Shown: piece by piece, positions 18,570-27,653 of the stretch
How the letters are laid out: each line of letters opens with the position of its first letter
How positions within the stretch are numbered: the first letter of the stretch is position 1
Virus record (IMG/VR): IMGVR_UViG_3300025687_000022
Reading direction: 5' to 3' (one strand)
DNA: 64,000 nt
Source of the DNA: a virus
Notes under the pieces: generated by a model
Database searches by the model: none
What the model was told of the DNA's origin: nothing
Seen by the model: the letters and a program-made list of their open reading frames with translations, nothing else
Position numbers and translations under genes: made by a program

Positions 18570-18814
18570 TAGTTATTGTTTCTTGCGCGCTTTTCTGTCA
18601 TTCTTTGTTTTTTTAGCTCTTCGCGTCTGCGGCGTCTTTGTGCTCTAAGTCGCTTTTCTCTTTTAGCAACAGATGGCTTTGTGTAATAAGAATTTTCTCT
18701 AACTTGTTCTACGATTCGCTCTTTTTTTGTTTTCTTGATAAATCTGCGAATCATTCTTTCAACGTTTCCTTTACATTGATTTATATCAACACCAAAATTA
18801 GTTGGTTTTTTCAT
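18569..18814 (-). CDS. rpsU: Phage-encoded ribosomal protein bS21
   Basis: NVERMIRRFIKKTKKERIVEQVRENSYYTKPSVAKREKR aligns by eye with bS21 (E. coli [30 protein letters not shown]); ATGA overlap with upstream gene. Confidence 0.9.
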   Translation of the reverse strand: MKKPTNFGVDINQCKGNVERMIRRFIKKTKKERIVEQVRENSYYTKPSVAKREKRLRAQRRRRREELKKQRMTEKRARNNN

Positions 18815-19230
18815 TGCATTGCCTTCCAAATCTTTGAAGCGCCACCCATAAGAGAGCTAATGTCAACGCCAGAGTCCGTAGGATCTCCTAAATCAACTGC
18901 TCCTGCTTTTGGTGCCGCTGCTTCGTAACTAGTCATTGGTTCTGTATTTTCAAACAAATCAACACCACCATAAGCGTCTTTTCCAATCGCATCCATTAAC
19001 TTGCGACGATGCTCGGTTAGTTTTGCTTTTGTTTGTTCTGCTTGTCGTTTCATTTGAATTCTTTCAGGCTCTCTTTGAACATTGGATCTTGATTCAACTA
19101 CAAGATTACCTTGCATGCCTTTAGCGACTTCTGAAACAATATTAGATAAAAGCCCTTCTTCTATGAGGACTTCTTGAATACACTCTTTTACAAGTGGCTT
19201 AATAAGACTTTTTAATTCGTTTTTTTTCAT
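18811..19230 (-). CDS. Head-module hypothetical protein with MKKNELKSLIK..VKE leader
   Basis: Translationally coupled within head module; amphipathic leader with LIEE site. Confidence 0.6.
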   Translation of the reverse strand: MKKNELKSLIKPLVKECIQEVLIEEGLLSNIVSEVAKGMQGNLVVESRSNVQREPERIQMKRQAEQTKAKLTEHRRKLMDAIGKDAYGGVDLFENTEPMTSYEAAAPKAGAVDLGDPTDSGVDISSLMGGASKIWKAMQ

Positions 19231-20903
19231 TTTATACCCGCTAGGATCTTCATCCTATCATAACTTACAGATTCTTGTTGAGTTTTTGCTTCTGGTTCTT
19301 GGTAATTAGGGTTTTCATAAATCGCCATAGCAAAATTATCAAATTTCCCAGAGCCATACAAAGCCCTGTATGCATAGTACACAGCTTTTTTATCTTGTGA
19401 GTTGAGCTTATCAAAAGTTGCTTTTAGACCTCCTTTCTTATTAACAGATTTAGCTTTTACAACATAATTTCTGTTAATAAGAGATGTATTCTTATCGCCG
19501 TAAATTTGCTTACCGGGATTGTTGACAGAAGCCTCGTTAACAAGTCGAGCCGTCTGAGAACTTAAAAGCTCATCTCCCATAAATCTACCTAAGAAGTTGG
19601 CAAACTTATCTAAGTATTGTTTAAAAGTATCTTCACTTTTTTCCTCTTCTTTAGCGTTGTTTTTGAATGATTCATATGCTGCTTTAAAATTCTCGTCGGT
19701 AAACTTTTCTTCTGAGTACATGAATTTTCTCTGCTCACGCTCCCGTTGCTCTGGCTCTTGAACTGGTGCCGATGTATCGCCTACTGGGGCGTCCGTGGCG
19801 TCGGTATCTGCGCTATCCGGGGCGTCGGTGTCTGCTGCTCCTGGTTGTTGAACTGGTTTCTCGCCATTTTGCTGGTCGTCTGGGCGTGGAGGTGCTGCTC
19901 CAGGGTCAGATTGTTTGCTCGGTGGTCCAGGGAAACTTGATTGGCTCGATGTAGCCGTTGGTTCTGCTGGCGCTTCTGGACTACCAGAAGAAACATCTTT
20001 ACCAGCAAACAACTCTATAAACTTTTTCTTTATTGGTTCTCTTTTTTCGTTGCCGGCTCCAAAAGTGCTAAGGTAGGTTAAAACAAATTCTTTTACCCTT
20101 TCATTAGGTTCTTTATACCATTCTATAATTTTGTCAATATCTTCTTTTCCAATTCCAAATCGACTACCTAATAGTTCTTTGTAAACTTTCTTGAAATTTT
20201 CTTTATTTTCAGCATTTATTAGTTCATCAACCAATACATTTCTTTGATAATCCGTCAGACCTCCTGATTCCGGCGTATCTGTTCCTGCTGTTGACGCTAT
20301 TTGTGCTTGTTGTGCAGAAGACGCACCCAAAGCTTTGCTAGATTCTGGATTTAATTTGATTTTATTGTTTCTTAGGAGTTTTACAATAACTCTTATAATC
20401 TTGTCTCTATCTGGTCCCTTTGGTATATTAGATAAAGCTTTAATGGTTTCTGGAGCATCAATAATTCTTCTAGATTTCTTTTCTTCCAAAACATTGAAGC
20501 CAGCATTCTTCAAGTCCGTAGCCAACGCTTTTAAGATTGTATTTAAAGTTTTGCTATCGATACCAGCTTTGGCTAATTGTGATTGGATTCCTTTGCCTCT
20601 TTTCCCACGGAAAATGTATACATCTTTTTGTTGATCTTCCACTTCTTCTTCGGCGTCCTCAATAGCCGCTGCGACAGCTTCCTCTGGGACACCTTTGTTT
20701 TTAAGCATTTCGATGTATTGATCGATTTGATTTAACATTTTTTCTCTTTGTTTTCGTGGCGCGGCGGCGTAATTTTGCAAAGCTGGAACTAATACATTAC
20801 TGAGATCATCTATCTCTTTTTGAGAATATTGTCGCTCTTGTAAAAAGCTACGCCATTTATCCACTATAACTTTATCGTTTTTAAAGCTTGACCAACTACT
20901 CAT
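19227..20903 (-). CDS. Putative internal core/cargo protein (558 aa)
   Basis: N-terminal DKWRSFLQE, Pro-rich linker, C-terminal RMKILAGIK like the scaffold. Confidence 0.55.
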   Translation of the reverse strand: MSSWSSFKNDKVIVDKWRSFLQERQYSQKEIDDLSNVLVPALQNYAAAPRKQREKMLNQIDQYIEMLKNKGVPEEAVAAAIEDAEEEVEDQQKDVYIFRGKRGKGIQSQLAKAGIDSKTLNTILKALATDLKNAGFNVLEEKKSRRIIDAPETIKALSNIPKGPDRDKIIRVIVKLLRNNKIKLNPESSKALGASSAQQAQIASTAGTDTPESGGLTDYQRNVLVDELINAENKENFKKVYKELLGSRFGIGKEDIDKIIEWYKEPNERVKEFVLTYLSTFGAGNEKREPIKKKFIELFAGKDVSSGSPEAPAEPTATSSQSSFPGPPSKQSDPGAAPPRPDDQQNGEKPVQQPGAADTDAPDSADTDATDAPVGDTSAPVQEPEQREREQRKFMYSEEKFTDENFKAAYESFKNNAKEEEKSEDTFKQYLDKFANFLGRFMGDELLSSQTARLVNEASVNNPGKQIYGDKNTSLINRNYVVKAKSVNKKGGLKATFDKLNSQDKKAVYYAYRALYGSGKFDNFAMAIYENPNYQEPEAKTQQESVSYDRMKILAGIK

Positions 20904-21501
20904 CTTCTAATACCTGATTAATTAAGCGATTGATTTTATCTGCTTTTGTAAATACGTTGATGTTATGTTCTTTGGCTTCTTTCATCATAAAAGCGCCAGG
21001 GGTAGAAGGCTCAGAAACAAAGTCAAAACAAATAAGTTGGAAGTCGTCTTCAACCATAGTTTGACCATTTGATTCTCTAACTGAACCCATGCCTCTTGAA
21101 GAAATACCAAGAGTAACGCCAGACTCCACAAGAGAACGTAGAATTTTACCAGAAGGAGTTTCTAAAATTTTTGCTTTACCCATAACAGCTTTGCCATCCC
21201 ACCAGACTTCTGTAATCATGTGAGAAGCGTTCTTTAAATTAATAACTGAATCTTCTGGGTGGTCTAATTCACCTAAAGCTCTATTTTCTTTTACAAGTTT
21301 TTGGTAGTTCTTCATTTCTCTTTGGAGAACACGATAAGGGTAAACTCGACCGTTACCATTGCGGACATCTGCTTCTTGTAGTTTGCCACTAAGGATCATA
21401 CCACCATTAGCAACAAATCGCTTTTCTTCTTCAGTAAGAAGGTCTTTGCATATTCCGCTCTCGCAAAGAGCATAAAATTCTCTTAATAATTTCTGACTCA
21501 T
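20896..21501 (-). CDS. Prohead core protease (gp21-like)
   Basis: NGNGRVYP, ALGELDHP, GISSRGMGS, DFVSEPSTPGA. Confidence 0.95.
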   Translation of the reverse strand: MSQKLLREFYALCESGICKDLLTEEEKRFVANGGMILSGKLQEADVRNGNGRVYPYRVLQREMKNYQKLVKENRALGELDHPEDSVINLKNASHMITEVWWDGKAVMGKAKILETPSGKILRSLVESGVTLGISSRGMGSVRESNGQTMVEDDFQLICFDFVSEPSTPGAFMMKEAKEHNINVFTKADKINRLINQVLEDE

Positions 21502-21503
21502 AA

Positions 21504-21605
21504 TTAAATCCTAAAAATAGCAGGCTCACCCTGCACGAATATACAGCCGCTTTTGCAGCGACGAACAGGTTGTAGCTTCCATCTATTGATTATCATGTCG
21601 TTCAT
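21504..21605 (-). CDS. Unannotated 33-aa ORF
   Basis: AAGGAG SD 7 nt before ATG; MNDMIINRWKLQPVRRCKSGCIFVQGEPAIFRI fills the gap up to the protease start. Confidence 0.5.
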   Translation of the reverse strand: MNDMIINRWKLQPVRRCKSGCIFVQGEPAIFRI

Positions 21606-21616
21606 TGTTCATCTCC

Positions 21617-21922
21617 TTATTTGGCTTTAGAACCAATATTTTGCTCTAACATTTTAAGAATTCTTTCTAGCATAGTTTTGTGCTGGGACAAATCAATCCC
21701 TGGCCTTGATGCTAAATCGGAGATATATTTTTCAATTTGATTAATAAGTCCAGTCTCTTGACCAGTTAATTCTTTTTCAGTGTCAGAAATTCTAGATAAA
21801 GCATCTTTTCTTCTTTGAGAAGCACTGGCGGTTTGAGTAGCTAGCTTTGTAGGATCAGCAGTTTGATCGTTTGCCAACTCTTCAAGAATAATTTCTTTTA
21901 ATCTACTCTTCGTGATCTTCAT
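21617..21922 (-). CDS. Protein with MKITKSRLKEIILEE leader (putative internal head protein)
   Basis: Shared leader; GAGG SD favours ATG 21922. Confidence 0.65.
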   Translation of the reverse strand: MKITKSRLKEIILEELANDQTADPTKLATQTASASQRRKDALSRISDTEKELTGQETGLINQIEKYISDLASRPGIDLSQHKTMLERILKMLEQNIGSKAK

Positions 21923-22247
21923 TTCCAATCCTCATGTTTTGCGCTATTTGAATTCCTTGATCACCAAATACCATGCTAAGAGCATAAGATGTTCCAGAGG
22001 AAAGTGAGCCAAGTAAAAGTGCGTTTACTAAACTAACTTCAAAATTAAATAGTTGCGTCATTGGAGAAAGCAACATTAAAATCCATCCAACGTGAAAACC
22101 CATGCACATAGGACAATGAAATACTTTTCCATAACCTTTATATGATTGCTTTTCTGGTCGCAATCTTTTTAACAAAGGCATGTCGCTATAAACTAAAATC
22201 TGCGTTAGTCCGTAGGCGATTAAGGCGAATAATATTAGTTCTATCAT
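21903..22247 (-). CDS. Small membrane protein with CPMC motif (DUF1360-like)
   Basis: Three hydrophobic segments; FHCPMCMGFHVG. Confidence 0.6.
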   Translation of the reverse strand: MIELILFALIAYGLTQILVYSDMPLLKRLRPEKQSYKGYGKVFHCPMCMGFHVGWILMLLSPMTQLFNFEVSLVNALLLGSLSSGTSYALSMVFGDQGIQIAQNMRIGNEDHEE

Positions 22248-22702
22248 TTCTTTACCTGATTTGAATTAAATTTACTAGCCAAGAATTTCTGAAGCTCAGC
22301 ATTTACATCTGGAATTGGGGCAAGATCATCCATGTCTTCTATGGTTTTCATAAGATCATTAATAAAAGCAACTTCGATGGGATCATCAACAATTTTGGAA
22401 ACATCATCATCAACGTTTAACTTATCTAACCCTGTTGCTGATTTGAATGAGTCTTCGGCACCATATAGCTTTCCAACAATTTCTTTAGCATCTTTCGCAC
22501 CCTTCCAAAGAGAGAAGATATTACTAACAACTGGTATCTGTTCTATTGCTGCCTCTGCTGCCTTCTTACCCAACTCTTGCCCTGCTTCCATAGCGCGGTG
22601 AGTTTTGATTAGTTTTCTTAAATCTCCAACCGTTTCTAGAGGTGCTTCTTGTATAAGAAACTTATCCCAATTTTCCATTATAAGTTTCATGTGCTTAGAC
22701 AT
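22244..22702 (-). CDS. Protein with MKLIMENWDKFL leader (putative internal head protein)
   Basis: Shared leader; AGGAG SD. Confidence 0.65.
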   Translation of the reverse strand: MSKHMKLIMENWDKFLIQEAPLETVGDLRKLIKTHRAMEAGQELGKKAAEAAIEQIPVVSNIFSLWKGAKDAKEIVGKLYGAEDSFKSATGLDKLNVDDDVSKIVDDPIEVAFINDLMKTIEDMDDLAPIPDVNAELQKFLASKFNSNQVKK

Positions 22703-22712
22703 TTATTTGCTC

Positions 22713-23252
22713 CTATAATGTATATAGATAGTTCATTGCATAAGGATCTCTAACAAAACCTTTTCGGATAGATCCTTGCTTGACTGCTTGTGGGACTTCG
22801 CCAAGCTCAGTAGAATCTTCTTTATCTGGATTGGTTAGCTCATCATCAGTAATAGCAACATAAGCTTCCATTGCTTCAAAATAAGGACGCTCTTCTGTGA
22901 TGAAATTAGAAATGTTTACAAGTGCTAGTTTGGCAGCAGATGTTTTTTCATCTTTTGGAGTTTGCATTTTTGCTTCAAAAGAGCCGTAAAAAGATCCAGC
23001 TTTAATTGACTCTGGAATAACAATTCCTCTTTTGCGAAGAAAAGTAAACAATCTGTTTTGTGCGCCATACACATAATCAGAAGCAATTTCTTTTGGAAAC
23101 GCAATAATCTTGCTTTCGTTTAACGAAAGAATAATATCAATGTCACCGTGATCTAAAATCATCAAACTTCCGTCTAACGATTTACGAACATTCATTTCAA
23201 GGGTGACTAGTTTTCTGTTGGCTTTATCTCCAACTCTAATCGTTATCGCCAT
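22713..23252 (-). CDS. Hypothetical head-module protein
   Basis: GGGGAG SD before ATG 23252 (MAITIRVG); downstream of portal. Confidence 0.6.
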   Translation of the reverse strand: MAITIRVGDKANRKLVTLEMNVRKSLDGSLMILDHGDIDIILSLNESKIIAFPKEIASDYVYGAQNRLFTFLRKRGIVIPESIKAGSFYGSFEAKMQTPKDEKTSAAKLALVNISNFITEERPYFEAMEAYVAITDDELTNPDKEDSTELGEVPQAVKQGSIRKGFVRDPYAMNYLYTL

Positions 23253-24063
23253 TATCAATCTCCCCAACTAATGCTTGTGTTGCTAAAACTGTCATTAAAA
23301 CATTTTCGTTAATGGTTTGTCTTGAGAAGCTATCTAATCTGCTAATGATTTGTTCTGTTTTTTGAACCATATCATTGTCGTCTTTTATCTCAGAGTTTTT
23401 GCAAGCTTCTGTTAGTTTTGTTTTTAATCTTTTGATTTCTTTATTCAAGAAAATCTTAAGTTCTAATGCATTATCAGCAAAAGAAGAAATGTAATGATTT
23501 AATAGTTCTTTTTGTTCTGACAAAAGAGCATCGTCGTATTTCTCATTAAATTTCTTAACGAAACTTTTATAAGTTAAAGCATCGATCTGCGCTTGCTCAG
23601 CGTTTGGAGTGCTTTTAGACATTTGCTGAATAATGTTCTGCTCTAACATTACTCGTGTTTTTGGAGTTGTTTTTAACGAGAAAATCTGATCAATGGTGGC
23701 AAGACTTTTATAATTGGGCACAAAGTTATTGAAAATATCTGAGGATAGTTCTTTGTTAATGTCGTTGATTAATTCTGTTTGTTGGTTAAACAAACCTTGT
23801 GTGTCTATTAGTCTTTTAGCTAAACGAACTTCTTTAATCAGTCTTTCGCCCATTTCTTGCTCAATACCCTGATTGCTATACAAAGAACGATAACACTCTA
23901 AATCTTCTGATAAAAGGCTATCAGAGTTAAAATGCTTTTTAATAACTGAAATTGTTTTATCTCTTCGTTCTGTGTCGCCCTTCATGATAGCAACAGTTGC
24001 TTCACGAATTAACGCTTCATAGACAAACGCGGTATTTCTTTTTTTGTTATGCCTTGTCTTCAT
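23236..24063 (-). CDS. Hypothetical protein next to portal (possible prohead core component)
   Basis: Helical 275-aa ORF overlapping portal end. Confidence 0.6.
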   Translation of the reverse strand: MKTRHNKKRNTAFVYEALIREATVAIMKGDTERRDKTISVIKKHFNSDSLLSEDLECYRSLYSNQGIEQEMGERLIKEVRLAKRLIDTQGLFNQQTELINDINKELSSDIFNNFVPNYKSLATIDQIFSLKTTPKTRVMLEQNIIQQMSKSTPNAEQAQIDALTYKSFVKKFNEKYDDALLSEQKELLNHYISSFADNALELKIFLNKEIKRLKTKLTEACKNSEIKDDNDMVQKTEQIISRLDSFSRQTINENVLMTVLATQALVGEIDNGDND

Positions 24064-26053
24064 TGTTGTTTTGCTCCGTTAAGATTTCTTTTGTTTTTAA
24101 ACTGTCCAGCAAAGAGCGCACAGATTGATTAACTTCAAAAAGTTGTTCTTCCTCTACTTGCTCTCTCAAAGTATAAGTAGATTGCTCTTCCTCGTAAATA
24201 CCAACATTTGCACGAATAGGTTTAGCAAGGTTGTTTATTGCTGGTGCTCCTGGGAATACATTACGAACACCTGAGCTTGCTTTTTGTCCCCCACCAACAG
24301 CAGCCAGCGATCTACTGCGAGGACCACCACCAGATCTGCGATCAACTTTGGTAGGGTAATATAACTTACCTTTTGCGCCTGGAGTTAGATAAGGCGTATT
24401 ACGCGAGCCTGGAGGGACCGCGAGTAATGGTGACTCTTCGCCGCCGCCTGCTGGCTCTGCCTCTGGTTCTGGTGCGGCTGGTGTTTCTTCTGGTCCACCG
24501 AGGTCTAGTTCGCCGCCGCCTCCACCGAGGTCTAGTTCGCCACCACCTCCACCGAGGTCTAGTCCACCACCTCCACCGAGGTCACCAGCGGCTGCTTCTT
24601 CTGCGACTGCTTGTAGTGCAGCATCTTGCTTACGATCATAAAACATTTCGCGTTGGTTACGGATAAATTCTTCGTTTGACATACCAAAAATATTTTCCAT
24701 AACCCAACGACGAGAAAAATATCCTTCGGTAGCACCAGCGGCAATATCAAACTTTTGCTTCCAGTGCTCTAGCTCTTGTAGTTCTGCAATCTTGGAAGGG
24801 TTGTTTAGCGATAACTCAAAGCCTAAAAGATCGTCGCCTCTAAATCCAAGAGTGTAAAGATGAATAATGCCAATTTTGGTTAGCTCGGAAATAATAACTC
24901 TTTGTAGTCTTTGAATTGTTCTAGCAAAGCGAATGTCTTTCATAGCCAAAGTTGACTGATCTTCTGACGCGCCTTCGCCCATAGTAAGATAAGACTGCGG
25001 AATCTTAAGAGCAGAGAATAGTTTGTCGCGAAGATACTTTACATCATCAATAGCAGTAATGTTTTGGGCACCAGCAAGAGACTGAATGTCTGTAACTGAA
25101 CCAGCACGAACAGGAATAAAATAATCTTCTTCAATAGACATTGGGTTGTAGCGAAGATCTATTCTGCCTGTGTCTGGGTTAACAACAGAATGTCGCTTTA
25201 ACTGTGTTACGATTTTCTCCATGTATTGTTCGACATCTTGTGGAGGAATCGCGCCAACATCAATTTTAAACACGCGACGTTCAGAAGAACGAACAACACG
25301 ATAAGCCATCATAGAATCTTCCATTAATGTAAGCTGACGCCAGATACGACGCGCTGGCTCTAAAATAGAAGAACCATAAGGAATGTATTTATCATTTCCT
25401 AAAATTCTAAAATGACAAATCTGCCAATTTTCAAACGTCATGCCCGCAGAGTTCCACTGGTACTGCACGTAATTTGGGTTTGTAGAGTCTTGCCCTTCTA
25501 ATCTCTCAATCTCTTGTGGGGGCAAAGCGATTACAGATTTAACTCCATAATTATCGTCAAGATCAAGATAAAGAAAGAAATCGCCATACTTGCACATTGT
25601 TCTAGACCAACCAAACAAGTTGTATTGGATGTTTAGCACCTGATCAAAAAGAATGTGCAATACTGCTTTGATTTCTTCGTTAGAACATTTAATGTTTAGC
25701 ATTGGACGAAGTTCAGTATATGTTGTCATTTCGTCTGCGTAAATATCAAGAGTAGAAGCAATTTCTGGAGTGTATTCCATTTGATCAAAATCAACGTATC
25801 TTTCCGTCCTACGTTGGTTTGCGATTGCATCTGTTGCAACAACATCTAATGGGTTATAGAGAGATTTTTTAAATTGTTGCCCTGAAGCAGATTTAAATCT
25901 TGAACTATATTTGTCAAGATGCTGTCTTCTTATTCTTCGCCCTGACTGTGAGCGATAACTAATAATAGGTCCAGAAAAAAGCCTTGTTAACGCTTTAAAT
26001 AACTGCGACTCTGCATTAGCTGGATTTCTTCCCGATCTTCTTGGTGGTGCCAT
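24047..26053 (-). CDS. Portal protein (gp20-like)
   Basis: QLTLMEDSMMAYRVVRSSERRVFKIDVG, EEDYFIPVR, IDDVKYLRDKLFSALKIP. Confidence 0.95.
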   Translation of the reverse strand: MAPPRRSGRNPANAESQLFKALTRLFSGPIISYRSQSGRRIRRQHLDKYSSRFKSASGQQFKKSLYNPLDVVATDAIANQRRTERYVDFDQMEYTPEIASTLDIYADEMTTYTELRPMLNIKCSNEEIKAVLHILFDQVLNIQYNLFGWSRTMCKYGDFFLYLDLDDNYGVKSVIALPPQEIERLEGQDSTNPNYVQYQWNSAGMTFENWQICHFRILGNDKYIPYGSSILEPARRIWRQLTLMEDSMMAYRVVRSSERRVFKIDVGAIPPQDVEQYMEKIVTQLKRHSVVNPDTGRIDLRYNPMSIEEDYFIPVRAGSVTDIQSLAGAQNITAIDDVKYLRDKLFSALKIPQSYLTMGEGASEDQSTLAMKDIRFARTIQRLQRVIISELTKIGIIHLYTLGFRGDDLLGFELSLNNPSKIAELQELEHWKQKFDIAAGATEGYFSRRWVMENIFGMSNEEFIRNQREMFYDRKQDAALQAVAEEAAAGDLGGGGGLDLGGGGGELDLGGGGGELDLGGPEETPAAPEPEAEPAGGGEESPLLAVPPGSRNTPYLTPGAKGKLYYPTKVDRRSGGGPRSRSLAAVGGGQKASSGVRNVFPGAPAINNLAKPIRANVGIYEEEQSTYTLREQVEEEQLFEVNQSVRSLLDSLKTKEILTEQNNNEDKA
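24495..24583 (-). repeat. Imperfect 24-27 nt tandem repeat encoding (E)LDLGGGGG in portal tail
   Basis: CCACCGAGGTC core repeated four times. Confidence 0.85.
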
Positions 26054-26061
26054 TTATTTTC

Positions 26062-27645
26062 TCACTTTATAATCCATTTGTATTGATCATACATTAATCT
26101 TGCTTCTGTCATTTTATCCATTATATTATCTTCTTTATGTCCTATCTGTCCTTTGATGCGAGTATTCATTGTTGTTTTAGTTGTGTAGATTGCATTAACA
26201 AAAGCTTTTGAGTAGTTTAGATCTCTAGAGTTCGCTTGAATCGCAGTATCTCTGACCCAGCACGCAATTGCAAGAGCCATAATTAAATCATCATGGTATC
26301 CTTTCATTGCTTGTGGCTTGCCATTTTTCCAAACAAAAGTTTTCATTTCACTAACAACACGAGATGAATTTATTTTAATTAGTTTATTTCTGATAAACTC
26401 TTCAAATTTCGCAATAATCAAAGGTCGTGTCTTCACACTTGTCGAAAAGCCTGCAACAGCAGTATTTCTAACTTCTGCTTGATATTGCTCAACATACTCG
26501 TGTGTAGACTTAATAGAATAATAAATATTTGGATAACCATATTCTATCAGTTTATCCAAAACTGTGTAGCCAATGTTATTGTTTTCAACCACCATCATGC
26601 AATTACCGTATTCTCTACCAACTTGATTTAACATGTTGGCAAACAAATCTGGCGATGGTTTACCTTGATATTCGCCTACAATCTCTAATGTTTCTAATTC
26701 AAGTATATGAAACGTAGAAAAGTCTTCTCCATCGCCTCTTGCAACATCAGCGACAAGAAGATAGTTAGATGTAGGATCAAATTCTTTCCAAATCCAAAAG
26801 TTACGATCAAAGCCGGTGCGATGCTTTGGCTCGCAAACATTTGCCAATAACCATTCCATGTCTTCTGCGTCAATAACAGTTTCACCAGATGTATTAAAGT
26901 TGCACTCTAACTCCTGCGCGATCTGGCGTCTAGACATGTTGCGTGTTTCTTTTTTAAACCAAACTTCATCTCGCTCGGGGTGGACATGCCACGGAAGCGT
27001 TGTTAAGTGAAAGTTATTTGATTTTGATTCTGCATCGGCGCACGTTTTATGAAACCAGTTACCAACACCGTTTGGAGTTGATAGCGCGATACAGCGACCA
27101 CCAGTAGACAACGTTGGATATAGACCAGTCCATAGCTCTTCTAAGCCTTCAATGTGCGCTGCCTCATCAAGAACTAATAAAGAAAGAGCTTCAGAACGAC
27201 CAGCATCGCCAGAAGTTGAAGCAGCTTTAATTGAAGAACCATTTGATAATTCAAAAGAAGTAGAGTTATCAGTTTTGATTTTTGCAATCAAAATCCACTC
27301 TGGTAGGTTCTTCATTATTTTCTTGACTTTCTTAACCAAGTTAGTTGCTGTAGCAAACTTGGTTGCCATAACAAGAACAGCTTTATCGCGATGAAACAAC
27401 ATCATCCAAGCGATATAGCCTGCTGTAACTGTAGAAATACCTAACTGTCTTGCTTTAAGAATAACGTTAAATCGATGATCGTTAAAGTCAGATAACAATT
27501 TATCCTGAAAAGGATAAGTATTAAAAAGTATTAACCCATGCATAGGATGGGAAATACGTGCATAAGTTTTCAGAAAGTATGCTGGGTCTTTACCGCATTT
27601 AAGTATTTCTTTTACACGCTGTTTTTTATCTAGCTGAAAAGACAT
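26062..27645 (-). CDS. Terminase large subunit (gp17-like)
   Basis: KARQLGIST (Walker A), LVLDEAAH (Walker B), STPNG, ADVARG, HDDLIMALA. Confidence 0.97.
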   Translation of the reverse strand: MSFQLDKKQRVKEILKCGKDPAYFLKTYARISHPMHGLILFNTYPFQDKLLSDFNDHRFNVILKARQLGISTVTAGYIAWMMLFHRDKAVLVMATKFATATNLVKKVKKIMKNLPEWILIAKIKTDNSTSFELSNGSSIKAASTSGDAGRSEALSLLVLDEAAHIEGLEELWTGLYPTLSTGGRCIALSTPNGVGNWFHKTCADAESKSNNFHLTTLPWHVHPERDEVWFKKETRNMSRRQIAQELECNFNTSGETVIDAEDMEWLLANVCEPKHRTGFDRNFWIWKEFDPTSNYLLVADVARGDGEDFSTFHILELETLEIVGEYQGKPSPDLFANMLNQVGREYGNCMMVVENNNIGYTVLDKLIEYGYPNIYYSIKSTHEYVEQYQAEVRNTAVAGFSTSVKTRPLIIAKFEEFIRNKLIKINSSRVVSEMKTFVWKNGKPQAMKGYHDDLIMALAIACWVRDTAIQANSRDLNYSKAFVNAIYTTKTTMNTRIKGQIGHKEDNIMDKMTEARLMYDQYKWIIK

Positions 27646-27653
27646 ACTTTGCC

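Noticed and set aside
26062-27645. Intein or intron in terminase (also considered for primase and capsid)
   Set aside because: Lengths are normal, motifs are contiguous, and no splicing or homing endonuclease signatures are seen.
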